A stretch of 44,307 nucleotides of DNA from a virus. The translations under genes and the position numbers were made by a program. The stretch is from positions 1 through 44,307 of IMG/VR virus record IMGVR_UViG_3300045988_060455, one strand, 5' to 3'. Below the pieces are notes generated by a model that did no database searches, was not told where the DNA came from, and was given only the letters and a program-made list of their open reading frames with translations. Every line of letters starts with the position of its first letter. Within the stretch, counting starts at the first letter, position 1. This document shows positions 7,403-14,349 of the stretch, in pieces.

Positions 7403-8242
7403 ATGTCTCTTTCTTCTGATAGCACGGTTCTGACTATGCCGGTACAGCCCGCCAACGGCTACAGCAACGGCCTCAACGGCTGGGGCGGCGACTGGATGGG
7501 CTGGATCGTCCTCTTTCTGATCTTCGGCATGTTCGGCTGGGGCGGCATGGGCGGCTTTGGCTGGGGCGGCGGCATGGGCGGCGCTTCGCCTTATATGACC
7601 AGCGCAGTCACACAGGCAGACCTGCAGCGCGGCTTCGACAACCAGAGCGTCATGAACAAGCTGAACGGGCTGGAAAGCGGCCTGTGTGATGGCTTCTATG
7701 CCATGAACACCGGGATGCTTCAGGGCTTCAACGGCGTGCAGCAGGGCCTGAACGGCGTCACCAATGCCATGCAGCAGGGCTTCAACAGCACCAATGTCGC
7801 GCTGATGCAGGGGCAGAATGCTCTGGCTACACAGCTGGCAGACTGCTGCTGCAAGACCCAGACCGCGATCCAGGGAGTCAACTACAATTTGGCCACTCAG
7901 GAGTGCGACACCCGGAACCAGATGCAGCAGGGCTTCTGCGCAACGCAGAACGCCATGAACAACAACACCCGGGACATCATCGAGAATCAGAACAGCAACA
8001 CCCGCGCGGTGCTCGACTTCCTGACCAACGATAAGATCGCCACTCTGCAGAGCGAGAACAACGAGCTGCGCCGGGCTGCTTCTCAGGATCGCCAGAGCGC
8101 GTTCCTGACCACCGCGATGAACGCGCAGACCAACCAGATCATCGGGACTCTGCAGCAGAAAGCTCCCGTGCCTGCCTATCAGGTGCCCAACCCCAACGCC
8201 ATTTACTATGGCTGTGGAACCGGCTGCGGCAACTGCGCATAA
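7403..8242 (+). CDS. Gly/Trp-rich membrane-anchored protein with Q/N-rich helical repeats and a Cys-rich C-terminus
   Basis: AAGGAG RBS. The N-terminal GWGGDWMGWIVLFLIFGMFGWGGMGGFGWGGGMGG is YjcZ-like in composition. Repeats include QGFNGVQQGLNGVTNAMQQGFN.., there is a CCC, and it ends YYGCGTGCGNCA. Confidence 0.7.
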   Translation: MSLSSDSTVLTMPVQPANGYSNGLNGWGGDWMGWIVLFLIFGMFGWGGMGGFGWGGGMGGASPYMTSAVTQADLQRGFDNQSVMNKLNGLESGLCDGFYAMNTGMLQGFNGVQQGLNGVTNAMQQGFNSTNVALMQGQNALATQLADCCCKTQTAIQGVNYNLATQECDTRNQMQQGFCATQNAMNNNTRDIIENQNSNTRAVLDFLTNDKIATLQSENNELRRAASQDRQSAFLTTAMNAQTNQIIGTLQQKAPVPAYQVPNPNAIYYGCGTGCGNCA

Positions 8243-8309
8243 CCGAATCACGGCAACTTTTTCCAAAATGGAAAATGTTCAGCCCCTGAGCTGATTTTGC
8301 AAACCAGAG

Positions 8310-8336
8310 CGCCGGGGCAAAAGTCCCGGCGTTTTT
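8310..8336 (+). terminator. Internal terminator or attenuator of the cargo operon
   Basis: Stem cgccggg (8310-8316) / cccggcg (8325-8331) followed by ttttt. Only about 20 nt separate it from the next RBS. Confidence 0.6.
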
Positions 8337-8357
8337 ATTATGAAAGGAGCCGATAAA

Positions 8358-8783
8358 ATGGCTGAGTTTAGCAATTCTAACACCGTCAGCGTGGCAGCGG
8401 GTGAAAACCTTCCCCTGACCGAGACCGCGGTGAAAGCGCCTGCGTTCATTGTGCACCGTGAGGGAAGCGGCCTTGTGACCTTGCGCGGTCTGACCAGCGG
8501 GCAGTGCCGGGCCCGTTTCAAGGTAAGCTTTGGCGGCAATATCGCCATTCCCACCGGCGGCACTGTGGGACCCATTTCCGTGGCGCTGGCTGTCGGCGGT
8601 GAGTCGCTGACCAGCGCGACCGCCATTGTCACCCCGGCGGCAGTCGAAAATTATTTCAACGTTTTTGTGGCTGCGTTTATCGAGGTGCCGCGTGGCTGCT
8701 GCGTGACCGTGGCGGTTAAAAACACCAGTACGCAGGCAGTCAGCATTGCAAACAGCAATCTGATTGTTGAGCGGGTAGCATAA
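8358..8783 (+). CDS. BclA C-terminal-domain-like (C1q/TNF-like jelly-roll) protein
   Basis: The track ORF starts at 8340; ATG 8358 behind AAAGGAG is preferred. It has beta-strand-rich periodicity and ends ..SIANSNLIVERVA. As I recall, B. anthracis BclA ends ..SASIIIEKVA. No collagen region and no signal peptide. Confidence 0.55.
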   Translation: MAEFSNSNTVSVAAGENLPLTETAVKAPAFIVHREGSGLVTLRGLTSGQCRARFKVSFGGNIAIPTGGTVGPISVALAVGGESLTSATAIVTPAAVENYFNVFVAAFIEVPRGCCVTVAVKNTSTQAVSIANSNLIVERVA

Positions 8784-8799
8784 GAAAGGAGATAAAGTC

Positions 8800-9201
8800 A
8801 TGCTGGATAAACTGAATCATCTGAAGGATGAGATGTGCGACGAGCTCATGGAGCTGACCGACAAAAAGAACCGTTCCCCGGGTGATGTTGAGATGATTGG
8901 TGAGATCGTGGACATCATTCTGGACATTCACCGCATTGAGGATTACTGCGAGGGCGGCGAGTACAGCCGTACAGGCGAGTGGGAAGCCGATATGCGCGGG
9001 ACCTTCGGCCGTGATGCCGGAAACGGTTACAACCGGGGCAACAGCTATGCCAACCGCGGCCGTCACTATGTTCGTGGGCATTACTCCCGCACGGATGGCC
9101 GTGAGCGCATGATCTCTGACATCGAGGACATGATGCAGGAAGCCACCGGTGCAGAGCGTGACGCCTACAAACGCGCGGCGGACATTCTGCGCAACGCATA
9201 A
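8800..9201 (+). CDS. Hypothetical protein with helical ends and a central R/G/Y-rich region
   Basis: AAAGGAG RBS. 133 aa containing ..GNGYNRGNSYANRGRHYVRGHYSRTDGRE... Confidence 0.65.
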   Translation: MLDKLNHLKDEMCDELMELTDKKNRSPGDVEMIGEIVDIILDIHRIEDYCEGGEYSRTGEWEADMRGTFGRDAGNGYNRGNSYANRGRHYVRGHYSRTDGRERMISDIEDMMQEATGAERDAYKRAADILRNA

Positions 9202-9219
9202 GGGAGGAGGGCGGCAAGT

Positions 9220-9558
9220 ATGGACATCGACGAGATCAACACCCATATCCACAAGCTGAAATGCGGTTCAACGGACTGGCAGAGTGTGGAAAAGCTTGCC
9301 GCCCTCTGCACTGTGCGGGACGAGCTGGAAGAAAAGCAGGCACCGGCAGAAATGCAGACTCAAGCACTGCCTCCCACGTCGTACCCGGTGGCATACTCCA
9401 CAAAAGCAAATCCACAAAGCGAGTTCGTGGAAGCAGCCAGCGCCGCGCCCTTTGGCGGCTTGATGGATGTGCTCGATGAGCACATGAAGGCAATAAAACT
9501 GGTGTACCCGAAAGAGTATGAGTTAGTAATGCGGAAGATCGCCTCTTTGTCTGAGTGA
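9220..9558 (+). CDS. Hypothetical protein
   Basis: GGGAGGAGG RBS. 112 aa with a C-terminal ..LMDVLDEHMKAIKLVYPKEYELVMRKIASL. Confidence 0.65.
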   Translation: MDIDEINTHIHKLKCGSTDWQSVEKLAALCTVRDELEEKQAPAEMQTQALPPTSYPVAYSTKANPQSEFVEAASAAPFGGLMDVLDEHMKAIKLVYPKEYELVMRKIASLSE

Positions 9559-9572
9559 AGATGCCCAAGCAG

Positions 9573-9611
9573 CAGCCTCGGGGAGCCTGATGGTTCCTCG
9601 GGGCTGTTTTT
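9573..9611 (+). terminator. Rho-independent terminator of the cargo operon
   Basis: A 12-bp stem, cagcctcgggga / tcctcggggctg (two G-U pairs), followed by tttt. Confidence 0.75.
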
Positions 9612-9638
9612 GCGTTTATGAAGCTGTTTTTTAGCGGT

Positions 9639-9659
9639 GTGTTACCAAAAACGTTACCA
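9639..9659 (+). repeat. Putative integrase arm-type site pair (2x GTTACCA)
   Basis: gtgttaccaaaaacgttacca; a near-identical unit recurs at 9848-9868. Confidence 0.55.
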
Positions 9660-9670
9660 TGATAAAGAAA

Positions 9671-9705
9671 GGAACGTCAATTCTCAACGAAATGACGTTC
9701 CTTTT
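9671..9705. terminator. Hairpin next to the attP core (would terminate the reconstituted tRNA)
   Basis: Stem ggaacgtca / tgacgttcc (9 bp), T-rich on both sides. Confidence 0.5.
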
Positions 9706-9708
9706 GCA

Positions 9709-9732
9709 TGGTGGAGGCGATGGGAGTCGAAC
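9709..9732 (-). other. attP core: 3'-terminal fragment of a tRNA gene
   Basis: The minus strand reads gTTCGACTcccatcgcctccACCA: half a T-loop, the T-stem 3' strand, the 7-nt acceptor 3' strand, discriminator A and CCA. No 5' half is present. Confidence 0.6.
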
Positions 9733-9847
9733 AATTAAAAATGATGGATTGTCGTCAAAAATGCATCTTGGATGCACGAAATAGCGCAGGAATAATGCGG
9801 CTTTGTTGGGTTATGCCCAATTCGTTTTTTGACATTTAGAAAAAAGA

Positions 9848-9868
9848 GTGTTACCAAATGTGTTACCA
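9848..9868 (+). repeat. Putative integrase arm-type site pair (2x GTTACCA)
   Basis: gtgttaccaaatgtgttacca, a direct repeat of 9639-9659 that abuts the int stop codon. Confidence 0.55.
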
Positions 9869-9871
9869 GAA

Positions 9872-11008
9872 TCACCCTTGAGCTTTCCTGAATGCAGCGG
9901 TCGTTGCAGCCGCCAAATCTTCACGCTGGCCGTCCAGCTCGTGGCGGTAAACCCCTGCGGTATCCATATTCTTGCTGTGGCCTACCAGCATTTTTAGCTG
10001 GCTGTCAGTCAAGACGCTGGATTCAACGCTGACAAATGTGTGCCGCAGCTCGTAAAGTGAGACTTTCGGCTCAAGCCCGTTTGCTTCCTGATACGATTCC
10101 CAGCGGCGATAGAGCGCGTGCTCTGAGGGAATCTGAAACAGCGGGGTATTGTAGTTTAGCAGTATGCCTTGAGCCTTTAAGAGCTGTACCTGCGCCTCAT
10201 AGGCATCCCGTGCTTCCTTGCCCATGTCAAAAGAGCGGATGGCGTTTTCATTCTTTCCGGTGGTCTGCTCCCGGTGCACGTTGATGCTGCGCCGAAGGTT
10301 GACCGTGTTCCCCTTGATGTCACCATACCAGAGACCAATCAGCTCCCCGGGGCGTAGGCCGGTCGCAACTGCAAAGCGGTAGGCGTAGATATACTCGTCA
10401 AATACCGGCTTTCCATAGTAGGTTCGGGTGTCTACGCTGAACAGGGTCTTCAAGGCGGTGGGCTGCAAGATCGTGCGTTTCCCCATTCTGGCATTCTTCG
10501 GGATAGACAGGTCGGGATGCAGCGTCGTGTACTTGTTCCTTCGGCACCACTTGACAAAGGCGGTTTCCGCAGCCCGGATCGTCATAAGCGTCTTTCGGCT
10601 CAACGGCTGGTTTGAGATGGGCTTGCGCTGGTTCTTTTTCTGTGAGCGCTTCCGGAACGAAACGTCAATGGCCTTTTGAAGATCGCCCTCGGTTAACTCG
10701 TCAATGCGGATATTCCCACAGGTCGGCAGAATATAGCAGTCCCCGTAACGCTGGCATTGTGTCACATAGGACGTCCCGCAAGTCAGCTTCAGCTCTTCCA
10801 CCCACTCTGAATAAAGAACGCTGACCTTCTTTTTTCCGTCTCTGATGCTGTCATCAAGCCATGCATCCGCTTTTGCGTTTGCTTCCCGTTGTCCTGTTCG
10901 GCCCGGCGTGCTGCTGTAAAACCGCTTGCGGGTGCCGTTCTTCTGAACCGCGATGCACCATCGCTTTTCCTTTTCCACCCAAAATGCCGTGTTGACCCGT
11001 TTTTTCAT
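9872..11008 (-). CDS. int: Tyrosine recombinase / phage integrase
   Basis: The track ORF is 9872-11167; ATG 11008 behind GGAGGTGG is preferred. Catalytic pattern: ..ATGLRPGEL.., ..LYELRHTFVS.., ..LVGHS.., ..GVYRH. Confidence 0.9.
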   Translation of the reverse strand: MKKRVNTAFWVEKEKRWCIAVQKNGTRKRFYSSTPGRTGQREANAKADAWLDDSIRDGKKKVSVLYSEWVEELKLTCGTSYVTQCQRYGDCYILPTCGNIRIDELTEGDLQKAIDVSFRKRSQKKNQRKPISNQPLSRKTLMTIRAAETAFVKWCRRNKYTTLHPDLSIPKNARMGKRTILQPTALKTLFSVDTRTYYGKPVFDEYIYAYRFAVATGLRPGELIGLWYGDIKGNTVNLRRSINVHREQTTGKNENAIRSFDMGKEARDAYEAQVQLLKAQGILLNYNTPLFQIPSEHALYRRWESYQEANGLEPKVSLYELRHTFVSVESSVLTDSQLKMLVGHSKNMDTAGVYRHELDGQREDLAAATTAAFRKAQG

Positions 11009-11175
11009 AAAATCCACCTCCATACACAGGGGTACACTGTGCCGCTTCCCTTTGGACGGCGGCGCTTTTTTCTTTGCTGCGGGGCGGCTTCCGGCTGCTT
11101 CTTCCCGCACCACGGACAAAAAGAAGCACCATCCGGGATCTCCTTCCGGCAGCATGGCCTTACGCATTTCATGGC

Positions 11176-11763
11176 TTACTCCTTTTTCTGCCCGATATAT
11201 CCGAATGCACCATTTTCGGCAGCGGCCCTTCCGGCCTTGTAGTTGATCTTCAGGTCGTCAATGGGAGGGTGCGGAGCGTCCGGGCATGGGTCTAGGCCCA
11301 TGCTCTGGGCAAAGTTGTATTGGTCGATGATGGTTCCGCACACGCTGACCCGGTTATTGAGCGGGCAGTGCAAGTTCGCTGCCACCTCGGAGATCACCGC
11401 GGGCGGGCTGCTGCCGTGACTGCCTTTCAGTATGAAGAGAAGCAGCCTTTTCGTCAGCGGCGGCAGTTTTACCACGATACGGCGCAGCTCCGCGTTTAGC
11501 TTCTCGTCTGCCTTGTCGTCATCCGGCACTTTGTACAGATCCGGGTGGGTCATCTCCATGAACACTGTGATGGGCGACACCCCGCACGCCGTGCACCAGT
11601 CCATGATCTCGTCACTGTCCGGGCTGGTGCATCCTTTTTCCCAGCTCTGCACGGTGCGCTCTCCTTTTTCGATGCGCCTTGCGATCTCCGCTTGGCTCAG
11701 GCCAGCAGACACCCGCGCTTTTGCAAGTGCCTTTCCGATTTGGATCGCCGTAAAATAACTCAT
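11176..11763 (-). CDS. CI-like repressor (XRE HTH N-terminus plus unknown C-terminal domain)
   Basis: The track ORF is 11176-12009; the start is moved to ATG 11763 (MSYFTAIQIGKALAKARVSAGLSQAEIARRIEKGERTVQSWEKG). It is adjacent to int and on the same strand. Confidence 0.75.
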   Translation of the reverse strand: MSYFTAIQIGKALAKARVSAGLSQAEIARRIEKGERTVQSWEKGCTSPDSDEIMDWCTACGVSPITVFMEMTHPDLYKVPDDDKADEKLNAELRRIVVKLPPLTKRLLLFILKGSHGSSPPAVISEVAANLHCPLNNRVSVCGTIIDQYNFAQSMGLDPCPDAPHPPIDDLKINYKAGRAAAENGAFGYIGQKKE

Positions 11764-11795
11764 ACTTTCGCCCCCATAATTCCGGTGTATTTTTA

Positions 11796-11828
11796 ACAAA
11801 AAATGGCGCAGAAAAAATCCGCGCCATT
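11796..11828 (-). terminator. Hairpin plus U-tract just upstream of the repressor CDS (insulator or attenuator)
   Basis: Stem aatggcgc / gcgccatt (11802-11809 / 11821-11828). The minus strand continues with TTTTTTG. Confidence 0.5.
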
Positions 11829-11866
11829 CGACAAATTTTATCCGTATTTTATTTTCCAACGGCGCA

Positions 11867-11875
11867 TGGTAGAAT
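11867..11875 (+). promoter_or_regulatory. Extended -10 element (TGgTAGAAT) for the rightward small genes
   Basis: tggtagaat lies 48 nt upstream of ATG 11923. No good -35 element is seen. Confidence 0.4.
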
Positions 11876-11922
11876 TTGGTACATAAGTTGACACAATTAC
11901 CAAAAATCAGGAGGAAAACAAA

Positions 11923-12033
11923 ATGAAAAACGGTCAAACAAGCAACCAAGACCCGGAAATGACCATCATTGATGGAATGCCCGCCAGCATCCTGACCGGC
12001 ACCGACCACACCCCTGCACCCTGGGAGGAATGA
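11923..12033 (+). CDS. Small ORF (36 aa) divergent from the repressor
   Basis: Not in the track (under 60 aa). AGGAGGA RBS at 11909-11915. MKNGQTSNQDPEMTIIDGMPASILTGTDHTPAPWEE. Confidence 0.4.
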   Translation: MKNGQTSNQDPEMTIIDGMPASILTGTDHTPAPWEE

Positions 12034-12036
12034 GTT

Positions 12037-12249
12037 ATGAAAAAGCTGTCACACTTTCGCACCCATGCCCGTGCCCTGCTGGCCTGCTATTTGGATATGA
12101 CCCCGGAGCAGCAGCGCCTTGCTCGCGCTTACATTCAAGATAAGGCCCTGCCGGAGGTGCAAGCCCTGCGTAACGCAGCCGGTACGCCCGGCGGGGCGCT
12201 GGCTGCTGATCTGTTGCAAAATTTGCAACAGCCTTGCAACCGCGAATAG
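12037..12249 (+). CDS. Hypothetical protein (70 aa)
   Basis: GGGAGGA RBS at 12023-12029. Helical; no HTH recognised. Confidence 0.5.
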   Translation: MKKLSHFRTHARALLACYLDMTPEQQRLARAYIQDKALPEVQALRNAAGTPGGALAADLLQNLQQPCNRE

Positions 12250-12372
12250 CAACGTGCATTTTTTGCACATTGCTCGTGCAAAACGCGCGTTTTCCGCGAA
12301 TAAGCTGAAATGTCAGCGCAAATCCACATTTTTCAGCGTATTTTTCTGCTGAAAGAAGGGAACGAATGGGGA

Positions 12373-12401
12373 TTGACGTCAACAACCAGCGGTTTTATAA
12401 T
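12373..12401 (+). promoter_or_regulatory. Consensus-like promoter reading antisense into the 3' end of the Ltp-like gene
   Basis: TTGACG (12373-12378), a 17-nt spacer, then TATAAT (12396-12401), followed by the palindrome gtgaacaagttcac. Confidence 0.45.
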
Positions 12402-12424
12402 ATGGTTGTGAACAAGTTCACACA

Positions 12425-12994
12425 TCAATATCCCACAGCAGTGGCGCCGTATTCCGCCTGGCTTTGGCTAAATCCCTCAAACTCCAGCTGTTCAATCAGA
12501 CCGGAGCGAGAGAAAGACATGGAATTGATATAATTTTTTGCTCTTATCGCAGCCTGTTCGTCCCAGTCAGCACCACAATGATCTACGGCATAAGTAGCAT
12601 CTTCCGTGGAATATCCTTCATACTCAAGCTGACCTTCAAGGCTGCTGTAAGAGAATCCCATACCAGCACTCAGGTAGTTTTCGGCAGACCGCAAAGCGTT
12701 TCTCTGCCCCATTGTAAGGCTATCCTCGGCAGAAATTGACGATTTTATGGACGTGCTGCTCTTTGTTCCGGACGTTGAACTTGTCGTGCTGGAAGAAGGG
12801 GTAATCATCATAACGAACACGATCAGCGCAACACTAACAGCGACCGCGCATCCGCATCCATGACCTTTTTTCTTCTTTTCAGGCTTTTTGTCTGATTCGA
12901 TAGCTTCTGTCACGGAACCCGAAGCAACAGGTGCTCCACATTCAGGGCAGAATTTCACGTTCTCAATTTCAGCTCCGCATTTTGGACATTTCAT
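12425..12994 (-). CDS. ltp: Ltp-like superinfection-exclusion protein (zinc ribbon, TM helix, two Ltp repeats)
   Basis: Start at ATG 12994 behind GAGGTG. It has MKCPKCGAEI..CPECG, a TM helix (AVAVSVALIVFVMMI) and an S/T linker. Two repeats follow: QRNALRSAENYLS..FSYSSLEGQLEYEGYSTEDATYAVDH and ..AAIRAKNYINSMSFSRSGLIEQLEFEGFSQSQAEYG. Confidence 0.75.
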   Translation of the reverse strand: MKCPKCGAEIENVKFCPECGAPVASGSVTEAIESDKKPEKKKKGHGCGCAVAVSVALIVFVMMITPSSSTTSSTSGTKSSTSIKSSISAEDSLTMGQRNALRSAENYLSAGMGFSYSSLEGQLEYEGYSTEDATYAVDHCGADWDEQAAIRAKNYINSMSFSRSGLIEQLEFEGFSQSQAEYGATAVGY

Positions 12995-13204
12995 AAAACG
13001 CACCTCACATATACAAAAATAGGCAGCCAACCAGCTGCCGAAAAACTAAATTATCAAGGAAAATGCCAAAGGGGGAAAATAAAGTGCAGGAAAATAGCAC
13101 AAAATTGATGAAAGAAACCACAGAATGTGTTATACTTGAGAAAATCAAGCTTGCACTTTCCCTTGGTATCGACGTGGATAAACTCTTAAAGGAGGCAATG
13201 CAAA

Positions 13205-13582
13205 ATGTCGAATAATACGCTTCTTTTTATCATCGCCGTGTTTGTTATCGCAATGTTTGCGATTCTCGCTTACGAGTTCCTTAATCTCAATGACTTTGCG
13301 CTTTTTCAGCCTAAGCCCAAACAGGAGCCGGATCAAAAGTGCGTCGGCATCCCTTTAGAGTACCTTAAAACAGAAGTTACTTATAAAGGCGTTACCCTTG
13401 CAGACCTTATGGAGCTGTGCCCTGATACGCATTTCCATATCAAAGACGGTCTTGGCGGATACTTGTCAATAACCCTTGGCGGAGATGAAGCAAAAGCACC
13501 GCGCAAATACAGATCTGTATACGTTACCAGCCTCGACCCTTGCTCCTATGAGCTGGAAGTTTCAGACTCTTCGCTCCTTTGA
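13205..13582 (+). CDS. N-terminally membrane-anchored hypothetical protein
   Basis: AAGGAGG RBS, with an extended -10 (TGtTATACT) at 13128-13136. TM helix LLFIIAVFVIAMFAILAY. AT-rich gene. Confidence 0.65.
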   Translation: MSNNTLLFIIAVFVIAMFAILAYEFLNLNDFALFQPKPKQEPDQKCVGIPLEYLKTEVTYKGVTLADLMELCPDTHFHIKDGLGGYLSITLGGDEAKAPRKYRSVYVTSLDPCSYELEVSDSSLL

Positions 13583-13923
13583 GAGAGAAGAAGGGTCAAC
13601 AGAGCGGAGATGACCGCGATCGAAGCACTTTGAAAGAACTGCTTCCGCGAGATTCTCCGCTCTCTTTGTTGTTTAAGGAAGTACGTCCGTCCCTTGGCGG
13701 TCAGAATCATGCACGGCACTACGACGGCGCCGTTTTCTTTCTGTTGGACTTTGCGTTGCATCTCGACAAGGCCATCCGAAACCAGCAGGTCTGCAAGTAC
13801 CGGGGCGTCCGCTTTGAATTTTTCCGCAAAGACGGGAGTCGGCGTGTCCGGCGCTGTCGGGCACTTCTCGTAAATCTCAAGAAGAAAATCAAGCGCTTCC
13901 TCTTCCCTCTTCAAATCAACCAT
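13546..13923 (-). CDS. C-terminally membrane-anchored protein, possible winged-helix N-domain
   Basis: Start moved to ATG 13923 (MVDLKREEEALDFLLEIYEK..). C-terminal TM helix ASIAVISALLTLLL. It overlaps the upstream XRE gene by 8 nt and the convergent 13205 gene by 37 nt. Confidence 0.6.
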   Translation of the reverse strand: MVDLKREEEALDFLLEIYEKCPTAPDTPTPVFAEKFKADAPVLADLLVSDGLVEMQRKVQQKENGAVVVPCMILTAKGRTYFLKQQRERRISRKQFFQSASIAVISALLTLLLSQRSEESETSSS

Positions 13924-14263
13924 TTTTCTCCAGCTTCTCAGCAATTGCGGCATCCAGCATCCTATTAAATAGTGCACGCGTAGATTCATCTAGCTGCATA
14001 AACTTCTCCGCAAAAGCCTTTGCTTCCACGTCCAGCCCATCACCCTCCGGGGTGTTGGGCTTTTCTTTTTGCTCTTCGCCGGTCAACTCTTCGACCGTGA
14101 CACCGAAGTAAGATGCAACCTTTAATGCTGTGGCATCAGTTGCTCCGCCGCCCTTTTTCCAGCGATTTACTGTCGGCTTTGAAAGCCCCATTTCAAGAGC
14201 TGCCGCAGATGGTGTTTTTCCGGCCTTTTCGCACAGCTTCAAATAGTTTTCGTAAAATGCCAT
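13916..14263 (-). CDS. XRE-family HTH regulator (second repressor-like gene)
   Basis: Start ATG 14263 behind AAGGTGG. MAFYENYLKLCEKAGKTPSAAALEMGLSKPTVNRWKKGG.. Confidence 0.8.
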   Translation of the reverse strand: MAFYENYLKLCEKAGKTPSAAALEMGLSKPTVNRWKKGGGATDATALKVASYFGVTVEELTGEEQKEKPNTPEGDGLDVEAKAFAEKFMQLDESTRALFNRMLDAAIAEKLEKNG

Positions 14264-14320
14264 AAAATACACCACCTTTTTGTGCAGTATGCCGAAGTTC
14301 ACAAAGTTTACAGAAAACTA

Positions 14321-14349
14321 TTGAAAGTTGCTTTAGTTACTGCTATAAT
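14321..14349 (+). promoter_or_regulatory. Strong early rightward promoter
   Basis: TTGAAA (14321-14326), a 17-nt spacer, then TATAAT (14344-14349). Confidence 0.65.

Noticed and set aside
9709-9732. A complete tRNA gene on the minus strand next to the integrase.
   Set aside because: Only the 3' 24 nt (half a T-loop through CCA) are present. The upstream sequence cannot form a D arm, an anticodon arm or the acceptor 5' strand. It is interpreted as the attP core.
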